Positions 1 to 12,536 are shown, counted from the stretch's first letter. The stretch is 64,000 bases of DNA from Heptranchias perlo (GCF_035084215.1 NC_090338.1:57226001-57290000); one strand, 5' to 3'. Numbers and translations are program-made. The notes: generated by a model not told the origin, from the letters alone.

Positions 1-395
1 AACCGGGATCTTGGGTTCATGTCACGCTACACGTAACCCCACCAGTGAACAAAAGTTATCTGTTTTTAATATAACGGGTCATTTGCTGTCTTTCTCTTCC
101 TTCCGGATGTTTCTATGTTTCTGCCTCTCTCTCTCTCTGTTTTTTTTTGGTTGTTTGTATATTCGGTGGCCCTGTAGGTAACACCTCTCTGTCTGAACAC
201 TTTGATTGCCTTGGCAACGGGCAGTTGGAAAGACTGTCTGTAATCACCAGGTATTGTTCTGTGATTTATAAATGCGAAAGGTTCGAGGATTTCATTTCCA
301 CATTCACCTGAGGAAGGAGGAAGCCTCCGAAAGCTTGTGATTTTCAAATAAAATTGTTGGACTATAACTTGGTGTTGTAAAATTGTTTACAATTG
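1..395 (+). mobile_element. Penelope-like element (PLE) 3' end: ORF C-terminus NRDLGFMSRYT* (1-36) plus pLTR with hammerhead motif
   Basis: The N..LGFMS.Y* ending is typical of PLE RT-GIY-YIG ORFs. It is followed by a CTGANGA..GAAA hammerhead and the 'ggactataacttggtgttgtaa' terminus shared with other copies in the window. It is absent from the paralogous LINE position near 25590. Confidence 0.75.
304..340 (+). ncRNA. Minimal type I hammerhead ribozyme motif
   Basis: TCAC-CTGAGGA-A-GGAGG(AAG)CCTCC-GAAA-GC-TT-GTGA: stem I TCAC/GTGA, conserved core, 5-bp stem II, palindromic AGCT stem III. Confidence 0.75.
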
Positions 396-600
396 GGAAT
401 ATATCACCGTTCCTTCATTGTCGCTGGGTCAAAATCCTGGAACTCCCTACCTAACAGCACTGTGGGAGAACCTTCACCACACGGACTGCAGCGGTTCAAG
501 AAGGCGGCTCACCGCCACCTTCTCAAGGGCTATTAGGGATGGGTAATAAATGCTGGCCTTGCCAGCGATGCCCACATCCCATAAATGAATAATAAAAAAA
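396..600 (+). mobile_element. 3' tail of the tRNA-headed LINE family with poly(A)
   Basis: Same 3' end as the 16804-20088 element (ctcaagggc..agggatggg..aataaatgctggcc..cacatccc..A-tail). Confidence 0.85.
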
Positions 601-664
601 AGGGCAGGAGTCTCAGAATCTGGTGTTGTGACCTACAGGATCTGATAAGTTTAAATATCTAGAT

Positions 665-1100
665 ATCGGTCAGGCTCAGTTCGCAGCTCTCAAGCTGCTG
701 AATAGAAGCTCAACCCCCACTCCAGGACTTCACCCATATTCTAGCCCAATGCTTCAGCGCAGTACGAAGGGAATGCTGTATTGTTGGAGCTGCTTTGTTT
801 CAGAATTAAACATTAAACCACAGCCCCATCTGCCAGTTCAGAAGCATGTAAAAGATGCCACATTTGAAGAAGAGTCAAGAGTTTTCCTGGTGCCCTGGCC
901 AACATTCTGCCCTCAACCAACATCACCAAGAAAAAAAACAAATTGACTGATTATTCTTCTCATTTGCTGTTTGCAGGATCTTGCTTTGGGCGATTGCCTA
1001 TATAGGAATAGTGTCTGCACTTCACAAATAATTTGTGGTTAGTAAGCACTCTTGGCTGTCCTCGAAAAGTGATAAGGTACTATATAAATCTAAGTACTTT
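665..1100 (+). mobile_element. Deu-domain SINE (SacSINE1/AmnSINE1-like), decayed
   Basis: Deu-type core 'cagcgcagtacgaagggaatgctgtattgttggagctgc' and L2-like tail. Paralogues at 25862 and, inverted, at 38150-38580. Confidence 0.6.
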
Positions 1101-1519
1101 CTTTCTAAATCATACCAATTTTAAATACTCTTCAGATCATTTTAGCACCAATTCATCATTATTTGATTTCAATGCAGATATTTTAGTATTTTGCAGTGAA
1201 ATGTCCTCCATTACATGGCTACTTTGTCAGCAGGCAGACAGAACCTCCAAGAAAACAGGTGAGATCAATTTATTTTCGGTCTCCGCTGTTTCTGCCGACT
1301 TGACTTGAAGCAGAGTTTCCATCCATCTCTGACAAGGCTGGGGCAGGGACTCCCTAAGACCGGAGTTCCCAGACCTGACTCTGGATGGCGACTCAGCGTA
1401 TCCGTGGCAGCTGGTACACCAGGAAATATGTGGTGTACCAACCTCTAAAAAAGCTCAAGTGGGCCCCAACAGTGGGGTTATTATGACATGATTTGTAATT
1501 TTAAAAAGTCTCTCTAAAA

Positions 1520-2898
1520 TAACCGGTCATTTGCAGTTTAAAAACCTCTCTAATATACTCACACATTTACCGTTTAAAACCCTCTAATATACTCACAAAT
1601 TTACTGTTTAAAAACCTCTAATATACTCACATATACTGTTTAAAAACCTCTCGAATATACTCACACATATATTGCTTGAAAATCTCACCAATATACTCAA
1701 AAATAAACTGTTTAAAAATCACTAAAATACACTCACACATTTATTGATTAAAAACCTCTCTAATATACTCACACATTTATTCTTTAAAAACCTCTCTAAT
1801 ATACTCACACAATTATTATATAGAAACCTCTCTAATATACTCACACATTTATTGTTTAAAAACCTCTCTAATATACTCACACATTTATTATATAGAAACC
1901 TCTCTAATATACTCACACTTATTATTTAAAAACCTCTCGAATATACTCACACATTTATTATTTAGAAACATTTAATATACTCACACATTTATTATTTAGA
2001 AACATTTAATATACTCACACATTTATTATTTAGAAACATTTAATATACTCACATTTATTATTTAAAAACCTCTCTAATATACTCACACATTTATTATTTA
2101 GAAACCTTTAATATACTCACACATTTATTATTTAGAAACCTTTAATATACTCACATTTATTATTTAGAATCTTCTCCAACACAATCACACATTTATTATT
2201 TAGAAACATTTAATATACTCATATATTTATTATTTAGAAACCTTTAATATACTCACATTTATTATATAGAAATCTCTCTAATATACTCACATTTATTGTT
2301 TAGAAACCTCTCTAATATACTCACATTTATTGTTTAAAAACCTCTCTAATATACTCACATCTATTGTTTAGAAACCTCTCTAATATACTCACATTTATTG
2401 TTTAAAAACCTCTCTAATATACTCACATTTATTGTTTAAAAACCTCTCTAATATACTCACATTTATTGTTTTGAAACCACTCTAATATACTCACATTTAT
2501 TGTTTAAAAACCTCTCTAATATACTCACATTTATTGTTTAAAAACCTCTCTAATATACTCACATTTATTGTTTAGAAACCACTCTAATATACTCACATTT
2601 ATTGTTTAGAAATCTCTCTAATATACTCACATCTATTGTTTAGAAACCACTCTAATATACTCACATTTATTGTTTAGAAACCTCTCTAATATACTCACAT
2701 TTATTGTTTACAAATCTCTCTAATATACTCACATTTATTGTTTAGAAACCACTCTAATATACTCACATTTATTGTTTAAAAACCTCTCTAATATACTCAC
2801 ACTTATTGTTTAAAAACCTCTCTAATATACTCACATTTATTGTTTAAAAACCTCTCTAATATACTCACATTTATTATTTAAAAACCTCTCTAATATAC
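1520..2898. repeat. AT-rich minisatellite, 31-33-bp unit (AAAACCTCTCTAATATACTCACATTTATTGTTT), roughly 40+ copies, in TIM-A intron 2
   Basis: Direct tandem repeats visible in the sequence. Confidence 0.95.
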
Positions 2899-3122
2899 CT
2901 GCCCATGTACTGTACACATTCGGTGGAACAAATACTAAAAGCTCTTCTCCATAGAATCTCAGCAGATTCATGATCTGTGTATATTACACTGTACTGCACC
3001 ACCTTCTGCATCCTGTACATTCATCCTAGCCCTTGATATTCGACAGAAATATCAACAATAAATCTAGAATCCGTATTTATGTGAGAGAAATACAAGAAAT
3101 AATTAATATTGATCTGACTTAC

Positions 3123-3470
3123 CCTCCAAAACCACGAGATTGAAATTCACTTTCTGATCATTAAACATACCGGCAATATGTACACGGCAGCAATACCAGC
3201 CTCTGTCTTCTTCACCAAGATGGTTTACAGTGAGCGATACATCACCTTCCTCTAATTTACCACCAAGATGGTATTTCGAGGATTTTGTAAAAGTTACAGT
3301 TTTCCCGTTTGTTTCAATCAATGGATCAGTACAGGCCATTGAAGGGCACTGTCCCCGTCCCCAGCACATTTCAGTTTTACCATTCCTTCCTACATTGTAT
3401 GTGCACGGCAGTGTGATCGACTGGCCCAGGACACCTCGCACTTCTGACCCTGTTACAAAGGTGACTGGAC
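3123..3470 (-). CDS. TIM/HAVCR-family receptor copy A, exon 2 (IgV domain, phase 1-1, 348 nt)
   Basis: GPVTFVTGSEVRGVLGQSITLPCTY..EMCWGRGQCPSMAC..GDVSLTV..DRGWYCCRVHIAGMFNDQKVNFNLVV. It has the six-Cys TIM pattern, CWGRGxC, YCCRV and an xFND loop. Acceptor tttcag, donor G|gtaagt. Orthology to HAVCR1, HAVCR2 or TIMD4 is not resolvable by eye. Confidence 0.93.
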
Positions 3471-3597
3471 CTGAAACAGTCGAGGTAAAGATAGTAATAA
3501 TTCAGTATTCATTGCAGTGACGGAGAAAGTGTACAGAGTATGAAGAGACAGGCACAGTACATAGAAAATCATACCAGTTACCAGCTGGTCTGTATCA

Positions 3598-4088
3598 TAG
3601 CAACATAGTAACATAGGAGCAGGAGTTGGGCATTCAGCCCCTCCAGCCTGTTCCCCCATTCAGTTAGATTATGACTGATCTGTACCGCAACTTCATTTAC
3701 CCACCTTTGCTCCGTATCCCTTGATACGCTGACCTAAAAAATACCTGTCGCTCTCAGTCTTGAACATTTCAATTGACCCAAAATCCAGAATCTTTTGGGG
3801 AGAGAGTTCCAGGTTTCTACTACCCTTTGCAAAAATGCTTCCTGGTTTCACTCCTAAATGGTCTCGCTCTGCGTGCCCCGTTGAATTCCCCCACCAGAGC
3901 AAATGGTTTCTCTGTATCTGCCTTATCGAATCTCTTTATCATTTGAAAGATCTCAATTACATCACTCTTCAGCTATCTAAACTCAAGGGAATATAAACAA
4001 AGTTTATGCAACCAGGCCTCATAATTTAACCCTTTAAGCCCCAATATCGTTCTGTGAATCTGTGCGGTATCCCCTCTAAGGCCAGTCA
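3598..4088 (-). mobile_element. CR1 LINE 3' fragment, present only in intron 1 of TIM copy A
   Basis: CR1-type tail (acatagtaacataggagcaggag) and 'LEMFKTESDRYFL..IKGYG' C-terminus. Copy B intron 1 is 490 bp shorter at this point. Confidence 0.8.
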
Positions 4089-4183
4089 GTCACACACAAA
4101 CACATGTAATTTATTGCATTAAAATAATTTATATTAACATGGTGCAATGCAATAAAATTCATTTTTTAAATTCAGAAACTCAC

Positions 4184-4235
4184 CTAAAAGAACGAGTAGT
4201 ACTGTCAAATGAGTCACAACCCAAGTAACTAACAT
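4184..4235 (-). CDS. TIM copy A exon 1 (signal peptide MLVTWVVTHLTVLLVLL-G)
   Basis: ATG, hydrophobic leader, phase-1 donor G|gtgagt in frame with the IgV exon; identical in copy B. Confidence 0.88.
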
Positions 4236-4319
4236 TGTGCTGCGCACTGCAGACTGGAACTATCTGAGCTGCAGCTTCTGCAGAAACATGTGGCTGGTGA
4301 GTTGAACTTCTGGTTAGTT

Positions 4320-4375
4320 CTGTACTGACGTGTGTAGTAAGGGTTTCCTTCACAAATACTTCACGTGTACTTCCA
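4320..4375 (-). promoter_or_regulatory. Candidate proximal promoter motif cluster of TIM-A (TGACGT, GGGTTTCC, CACGTG, ACTTCC)
   Basis: Four motifs within 50 bp, about 90-140 bp upstream of the ATG. The E-box/ETS pair is conserved in copy B (28442-28454). Motif matches only. Confidence 0.35.
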
Positions 4376-4989
4376 GCAATGTGTAACCCCTGTGAAATGA
4401 AGCAAATGATTAAAAATCATATATTTCATGCATTACCACCAACATCTAACTCGCACAAAATTAAGTTGCATTCCAAGTTCCTTCCATGAAAAAGATTTAT
4501 CACTGTATCATGCACCTTTATTTTGAGCTTGCAGGTTTAAGATGAAAAGAATTCCACAAGGCTAATTATGCCGGATTTGCACCACTGAACCGGAACTTAC
4601 ACCCACCTTTGCGGTTCTGACCCTGCTGGATTTTGTATGGGTCCGCTCATTTCAATATCCATTGGCGGTTCTTAACTACAAATCCCATGTGAAATGGGAG
4701 CACTGTGCTGAGGGTGCTTGGAAATTAGAGTGTAGCCTTTAAAAAGCAAAGCCTGGCTGAAGAGTGAAGCAGCAGGTTGACAGAGCTGTAGATAAGTAGG
4801 CAAGTGCTTGGCTCATTGGGTTGACTGTCGGGTCACTCGTGTGATTTTGTGTCACTTTTCAAGAATATTTTCCACTCGAAGATCTATCAGAGGCAGCCAA
4901 AGAATGGAGAAGGATATTGCACAGAGGCAGAAAAGAAGAGCAAATAATATCAGTGAGATGTCCTCCAAGCCTTCCTTGATGAGATTCAA

Positions 4990-5131
4990 CAAGAGACAGA
5001 GAGAGATAATGAGAGAGTGAGAATGAGAGAGAGTAAGAGAGAGAGAGAGAAAGAGAGAGATAACGAGAGAGAGTGTGAGAGAGAGATAATGAGAGCGTGA
5101 GAAAGAGAGAGTGAGAGAGAGAATGAGAGAG
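4990..5131. repeat. Imperfect (GA)n microsatellite
   Basis: GA-rich run. Confidence 0.9.
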
Positions 5132-5224
5132 TAAAGGGACCTTCACTCTGCATCTTCCTCATCTGCTACACCTGACATGGGAGTACTTGATGGTAACACA
5201 GGAGTCTCCAAGGTGGAAACATGT

Positions 5225-5835
5225 TGGCCTAGAAATTGGTTCATGCCAATTAGCTCTACCTGATACTAGGCCTGAGCCTCATTTACATCGGACAGGTGAG
5301 CTGCAGACACCTGCTGGGCGTCCCCAGGCAGCTCAACGGCAGACAAGTTGAAATTTGGGCTGCCGGGTCACTGGCAGCAGCCCTCAAGAAGGTCTTGGGA
5401 GAAAGAGGGAAGCGATCGGGAGAGAGGGGCGACCAGGAGAGAGGGGAAAAGAACGGGAGGGAGGGGGGTGACCAGGAGAAGGGGGGAAGTGATAAGGAGG
5501 GAGAGGTGACTGGGAGAGGGGGGAAGTGAACAGGAGGGAGGGGTGACTGGGAGAAGGAGGAAGTGATCAGGAAGGATGAGTGACTGGGAGAAGGGGGAAG
5601 TGAACAGGAGGGAGGGAGGGGAGAGACCGGGAGAGGGGGGAAGCGATTGGGAGGGATTTGCATATACAAAGGGCCTAACGCCTGTTTCAAGCGCGGGCCC
5701 TGAAAGCTTCTTTTGATGCCTATACCAATATGGCAGGTGACACACTTCCGGCGCAGAAAGTGTGCGCGTATGCCACCCGCCATATTGGATGCTTTAGCAG
5801 ATGTAGAATGAGCGTACATCATCAAATTTTCAGCA
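5225..5835. mobile_element. Probable Harbinger-type MITE with internal purine-rich repeats
   Basis: Termini ggcctagaaattgg / caaattttcagca; absent from the paralogous segment near 34380. Confidence 0.45.
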
Positions 5836-6258
5836 CTCACATCAATCCACATGATGAGCAGAAAATAAAAATAACACATGTATCAAAATAGTTCTGTCTG
5901 GTGATTTCCTCTTACGTACTTGACCATTTCCTTTAATGCTCATCCACAACAGAGCAGAAAGGTTAACTTCTGATTGTTTCACCAGCCTTTATTTTGAAGA
6001 CACTCTAAAGCACTGGATTTTGAAATATCACTACCCAAATGGTAAAACTCAGCTTTTCTACTAATGGTTTCACAATATTTTCACATTGCTGTATTGCTGA
6101 TCTAAACACTACTGTTTCTTAAAGCTGTTGTCTGTGACCCACAATGTAACTTTATGACATCAATTAGAGATATTGACAACTTTATACAAGAATAAAAGTG
6201 ATATTGGGCCCATAAATGTCCATGTGGGATACGATGTAAGAATGTATAAATTTTACCC

Positions 6259-7360
6259 CGGTCGCGGGTTTGGGAGGTGCTGTCGAAGAAGCCTTGGCGA
6301 GTTGCTGCAGTGCATCCTGTGGATGGTACACACTGCAGCCACTGTGCGCTGGTGGTGAAGGGAGTGAATGTTTAGGGTGATGGATGGGGTGCCAATCAAG
6401 CAGGCTGCTTTGTCCTGGATGGTGTCGAGCTTCTTGAGTGTTGTTGGAGCTGCACTCATCCAGGCAAGTGGAGAGTATTCCATCACACTCCTGACTTGTG
6501 CTTTGTAGATGGTGGAAAGGCTTCGGGGAGTCAGGAGGTGAGTCACTCGCCGCAGAATACCCAGCCTCTGACCTGCACTTGTAGCCACAGTATTTATATG
6601 GCTGGACCAGTTAAGTTTCTGGTCAATGGTGACCCCCAGGATGTTGATGGTGGGGGATTCGGCGATGGTAATGCCGTTGAATGTCAAGGGGAGGTGGTTA
6701 GACTCTCTCTTGTTGGAGATGGCAATTGCCTGGCAATTGTCTGGTGCGAATGTTACTTGCCACTTATCAGCCCAAGCCTGGATGTTGTCCAGGTCTTGCT
6801 GCATGCGGGCTCAGACTGCTTCATTATTTGAGGGGTTGCGAATGGAACTGAACACTGTGCAGTCATCAGCGAACATCCCCATTTCTGACCTTATGATGGA
6901 GGGAAGGTCATTGATGAAGCAGCTGAAGATGGTTGGGCCTAGGACACTGCCCTGAGGAACTCCTGCAGCAATGCCCTGGGGCTGAGATGATTGGCCTCCA
7001 ACAACCACTACCATCTTCCTTTGTGCTAGGAGAGTTTTCCCCCTGATTCGCATTGACTTCAATTTTACTAGGGCTCCTTGGTGCCACACTCGGTCAAATG
7101 CTGCCTTGATGTCAAGGGCAGTCACTCTCACCTCACCTCTGGAATTCAGCTCTTTTGTCCATGTTTGGACCAAGGCTATAATGAGGCCTGGAGCCAAGTG
7201 GTCCTGGCGGAACCCAAACTGAGCATCGGTGAGCAGGTTATTGGTGAGTAAGTGCCGCTTGATAGCACTGTCGACGACACCTTCCATCACTTTGCTGATG
7301 ATCGAGAGTAGACTGATGGGGCAGTAATCGGGCGGTTTGGATTTGTCCTGCTTTTTGTGA
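6259..7360 (-). mobile_element. tRNA-headed LINE family fragment (RT region)
   Basis: ORFs with [10 protein letters not shown] and FADD; near-identical to the 16804-20088 element. Confidence 0.9.
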
Positions 7361-7461
7361 TTGTATGAATCATCTGTGAGCAGAGTTCCAATACATATAC
7401 ATTGCATGCTTTGCTGCTGTTGTCTCAGTGAATGAGTTGGTTTGAAAGGGAAGTAGCAGCA

Positions 7462-8232
7462 ACAGCAACATGTATTTATATAATGCTTTTAAAATAGAAA
7501 CACATCCCAAGGTGTTTCACAGAAACATAAGAAAGAAAATAAACTGGCGATATTCAAGTTCATTAAAACGTTGGTCAAAGAGGTCGATTTTAAGGAGCAT
7601 CATAAAGGAGGAGAGAGAGTTAGAGAGGCGGAGAGGTTTAGGGAGGGAATTCCAGAGCCTAGGGCCTAGGCAGCTGAAGGCACGGCCATCAATGGTGGGG
7701 CGAAGGAAATCGGTGATGCACAATAGGCCGGAGTTGGAGCAACGCAGAGATCTCGGAGGGTTGTAGGACTGGAGGAGGTTACAGAGATAGGGAGCAGCAA
7801 GGCCATGGAGGGATTTGAACACAAGGATGAGAATTTTTAAATCAAGGCATTGGTAGACCGGGGGCCACTGTAGGTCAGTAAGCACAGGGGTGATGGGTGA
7901 ACGGGACTTGGTGCGAGTTAGGATACGAGCAGCAGAGTTTTGGATGAGCTGAAGTTAATGGAGGGTGGAAGATGGGAGGTCAGCCAGGAGAGCATTGGAA
8001 TAGTTGAGTTTGGAGGTATCAAAGACATGGATTAGGGTTTCAGCAGCAGATGGGCTGAGGCAGGGCGGAGGCAGGCGATATTACGGAGGTCAAAGTTGGC
8101 GGTCTTGGTGATGGAGAGGATATGGGGTTGGAAGCTCAACTCTGGGTCAAATAGGACACCGAGGTTGTGAACAGTCTGGTTCAGCCTGAGACAATGGCCA
8201 GAGAGGGGAATGGAATCGGTGGCTAGGGAACA
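7462..8232 (-). mobile_element. L2 LINE 3' fragment
   Basis: LQWPPV..FKSLHGLAAPYLCNLLQSYNPPRSLRCSNSGLL..GRAFS..PRLWNSLP (L2 C-terminus). Confidence 0.85.
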
Positions 8233-9027
8233 GAAGAGGGAGAAAGAGTACCTCCATCAACTGGGTGAGGGAGGGGATGGTTGAACAGGGAGTCGGGGGC
8301 GCAAACAGTGCCTTTGTGAACTTAGGGGAGAAGAGTACACTTGTAAACCATGGGGAAGAATGGCTCTGAAATCAGGAGAAAGATTGCTTCTGTGAACAGA
8401 AAGGGGGAAGATTTCAGTTTTTATTTTACATATGAGATCAACAGAGAGCATTTATACATCAACAATTTATCCACTAATTTCTCCTCAAGAGATCAGGGGA
8501 AATCCCTGCAATTTTTGCCACAATCTTCAGCAGTTTTCTGGTGACTCTGCCGAAAAGAAGGAGATGACATTGGAGCTCTTTTTCAATAAATTATATGAAT
8601 GTTCTCCTTTAATAATTTCAAGAGGTCATTATAAAGAACTGATCCTCCATATGTTTCAGCATCCAGCCCCTGATTCAGTTTCTCTGGAGGATGGAAACAG
8701 TGAGCTGCTCATGGTGCAGACGGTGTAACATAATTCATTTTAAGAAAATAGAGAATCTATTGCATAAAGCAAGCCAAAAAGTCAAGTGAAGTTATTAATA
8801 ATGCCCGTTTGAGTCATAGTTCATCATGCAATCATTACTCAGTTTGATTCTTATCTACATTGTTTAGAAAAACCATCCACATCTTGCCAGTACCACTTGA
8901 AACTGCCAAATGACACAAGGTCAACAGCAGAATTAAATTAAAGCTATTGATGGACAGCTGGCTACAAATCGGACATTACTGATCGGACAATGGGGCGGAG
9001 ATTCGTTATGTTGGAGCTTTGAACATT

Positions 9028-11068
9028 TTGGATTTGTCCTGCTTTTTGTGGACAGGACATACCTGGGCAATTTTCCACTTTGTCGGGTAGATGCCAGTGT
9101 TGTAGCTGTACTGGAACAGCTTGGCTAGAGGCACAGCTAGTTCTGGAGCACAAGGCTTCAGCACTACAGCTGGGATGTTGTCGGGGCCCATAGCCTTTGC
9201 TGTATCCAGTGCACTCAGCCGTTTCTTGATATCACGTGGAGTGAATCGAATTGGCTGAAGACTGGCTTCTGTGATGGTGGGGATATCAGGAGGAGGCAGA
9301 GATGGATCATCCACTCAGCACTTCTGGCTGAAGATGGTTGCAAACGCTTCAGCCTTGTCTTTTGCACTCACGTGCTGGACTACACCATCTTTGAGGATGG
9401 GGATGTTTACAGAGCCTCCTCCTCCCGTTAGTTGTTTAATTGTCCACCACCATTCACGACTGCATGTGGCAGGACTGCAGAGCTTTGATTTGTTCCGTTG
9501 GTAGTGGAATCGCTTTGTTCTGTCTATAGCATGTTGCTTCCGCTGTTGAGCATTTTTTTTTATTCGTTCATGTGATGTGGGCGTCACTGGCGAGGCCGGC
9601 ATTTATTGCCCATCCCTAATTGCCCTTGAGAAGGTGGTGGTGAGCCGTCTTCTTGAACTGATGCAGTCCGTGTGGTGAAGGTTCTCCCACAGTGCTGTTA
9701 GGAAGGGAGTTCCAGAATTTTGACCCAGCGATGATGAAGGAACGGCGATATATTTCCAAGTCGGGATGGTGTGTGACTTGGAGGGGAACGTGCAGGTGGT
9801 GGTGTTCCCATGTGCCTGCTGCTCTTGTCCTTCTAGGTGGTAGAGGTCGCGGGTTTTGGAGGTGCTGTCGAAGAAGCCTTGGCGAGTTGCTGCAGTGCAT
9901 CCTGTGGATGGTACACACTGCAGCCACGGTGCGCCGGTGGATAAGGGAGTGAATGTTTAGGGTGATGGATGGGGTGCCAATCAAGTGGGCTGCTTTATCT
10001 TGGATGGTGTCGAGCTTCTTGAGTGTTGTTGGAGCTGCACTCATCCAAGCAAGTGGAGAGTATTCCATCACACTCCTGACTTGTGCCTTGTAGATGGTGG
10101 AAAGGCTTCGGGGAGTCAGGAGGTGAGTCACTCGCCGCAGAATAGCCAGCCTCTGACCTGCGCTCATAGCCACAGTATTTATATGGCTGGTCCAGTTAAG
10201 TTTCTGGTCAATGGTGATCCCCAGGATGTTGATGGTGTGGGATTCGGCGATGGTAATGCCGTTGAATGTCAAGGGGAGGTGGTTAGACTCTCTCTTGTTG
10301 GAGATGGTCATTGCCTGGCACTTATCTGGCACGAATGTTACTTGCCGCTTCTGAGCCCAAGCCTAGATGCTGTCCAGGTCTTGCTGCATGTAATCCTGAG
10401 TTGTAGCTTCACCAGTTTGGCATCTCATTTTTAGGTACACCTGGTGCTTCTCCTGGCATGCTCTTCTACACTCCTCATTGAACCAGCGTTGATCCCCTGG
10501 CTTGTTGGTAATGGTAGAGTGAGGAATATGCCAGGCCATGAGGTTACAGATTGTGCTGGAATACAATTCTACTGCTGCTGAAGGCCTGCAGCGCCTCATG
10601 GATGCCCAGTTTTGAGCTGCTAGACCTGTTCTGAATCTATCCCATTTAGCACGGTGGTAGTGCCACACAACAAATTGGATGGTATCCTCAGTGCGAAGAC
10701 GGGACTTCATCTCCACGAGGACTGTGTGATGGTCACTCCTACCAATACTTTCATGGTCAGATGCATTTGCGACAGGTAGGTTGGTGAGGACGAGGTCAAG
10801 TAAGTTTTTCCCTCATGTTGATTCGCTCCCCATCTGCCGCAGGCCCAGTCTGGCAGCTATGTCCTTCAGGACTCGGCTAGCTCGGTCAGTCGTGGTGCTA
10901 CCGAGCCACTCTTGGTGATGGACATTGAAGTCCCCCACCCAGAGTACATTCTGTGCCCTTGCTACCCTCAGTGCTTCCTCCAAGTGGTGTTCAACATGGA
11001 GGAGGATTGATTCATCAGCTGTGGGAGGGCAGTAGGTGGTAATCAGCAGGAGGTTTCCTTGCCCATGT
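9028..11068 (-). mobile_element. tRNA-headed LINE family fragment interrupted by a 5'-truncated copy of the same family (9553-10390)
   Basis: APE/linker/RT ORF pieces; internal poly(A) at 9553; host sequence resumes at 'tgcatgtaatcc'. Confidence 0.85.
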
Positions 11069-12434
11069 TCTTCTGTCTGTTGCCTCGGCAAGTTGCTCTG
11101 TGAGTACAGCTGGCACCTAAGTGGGCATGATGGTTCAAATGAGAGAAGCCGTCAAGTGATTTAGTGGAAATTACCAGCAAAATATCTTGCTGGCTACTTG
11201 CCTTGCTGTCAGATAGTGTTCTGCTGCTGCCGGGAGTCTGCAGTGTTTTTGAAGTTGTTGCATGAAAACTTCCTGAGGGAGGGTGGGGATGTTGCGTGGG
11301 GGGGTGGTCAGCAACTTACACAGTTTCTACACTCAAGTTACACCAGAAATGCACCAAGAACATTTAAATTAACTTACTCCAAGAAATTTGCATCGAACTC
11401 CCTCTGCTGTTGAATAACATAACTTTCCAGCACAACAGTGGCATAACTGACTGACATTGAGGAAATTCAGGGCCGACGACATTAGGGGCGGCTACTGCCC
11501 TTCACTGCTGAGAACCAGAGATGGGAGTCACGAAAATGCTAGTGACAGTTTTCAGATATGAGTTGACTGTAAGTAGAACTTGACTATTCCATAGAAAGAA
11601 AGAACTTGTATTTTAGGCAACGTCTTTCACATTCCCAAATGGCCCAAAGAGCTTCACGGCCAATGAATTGCTTTTGAAGTGTAGTCACTAATAATGTTCT
11701 ACTCCCAAAGTTAGAGATAAATACATGATATCACATAGGCCCCAGTGTAATACAAGAGCTAAACAATTACAGCCAACCAGATAAGGAAAGACAAAAAAAA
11801 TGAGCTTGTATTTATAAACTACTTTATCATGTGTGTGGAAAGAAACTCCAAAGTACTTCACAGACATTAAATTACTTTGAAGTGCAGACTGTTGTTCTGT
11901 AGGCAAACATAAGTAACACAAGAAAGTCATGAATGTGTTATGTCTGGTTGGGTCCATGTTGTTTCTAAGATGTGGTATCACACTGGGATCTGTATGGAAT
12001 TCTATTTATGGAACCGTTATCTAATGTAAGTAGTTAAAATGTGAAAATATCTGTTATCAATTCAGAATGCAGGACTTTTCTTCTATGTATTTATAGCAGC
12101 AGGAAAGAATATTGCAGATACATGCAGAGATTCACTTCCTGGTGTGTGGGTATCCCAGAAGCTACAGTATATGTTATTTGATGTGGGTTTTTTTTGTAAC
12201 ATTTCTATTTGTTTGTGCTGCAAAAATATTTTGAATTGATATTTTTGTGCTTTTCTTCCAAATGGCATTTGACGCTGGACCACTGTGACAGCAGAAATGT
12301 GGCAGCAGCAATGTGACAGTTGGTTTCGTGATGCCACTCAGGACAGTCAAAAGCAAGCTGGCTGAAAGGTGCCATTGTCCTGATGTCAAAGGGACAACAG
12401 TCAGTGTACAAAGTCTACTGTCACTGCAACAAAC

Positions 12435-12536
12435 AGTTGTAAACAATTTCACAACACCAAGTTATAGTCCAACAAATTTATTTTAAATTCCACAAGCTTT
12501 CGGAGGCTTCCTCCTTCGTCAGGTGAATGTGGAAAT
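12435..12536 (-). mobile_element. Short PLE 3' remnant with intact hammerhead motif (12490-12526)
   Basis: Reverse complement reads TCAC-CTGACGA-A-GGAGG(AAG)CCTCC-GAAA-GCTT-GTGG, followed by the PLE terminus. Confidence 0.75.

Noticed and set aside
1520-2898. CRISPR-like array of ~32-bp repeats, and ORFs such as MSILERFLYNKCV..
   Set aside because: Repeats are contiguous with no unique spacers and the context is a vertebrate intron; the ORFs are repeat translations.
4859-5879. Pro/Ser/Leu-rich ORFs as mucin exons
   Set aside because: They are translations of GA-rich repeats upstream of exon 1 and are absent from the paralogous copy.
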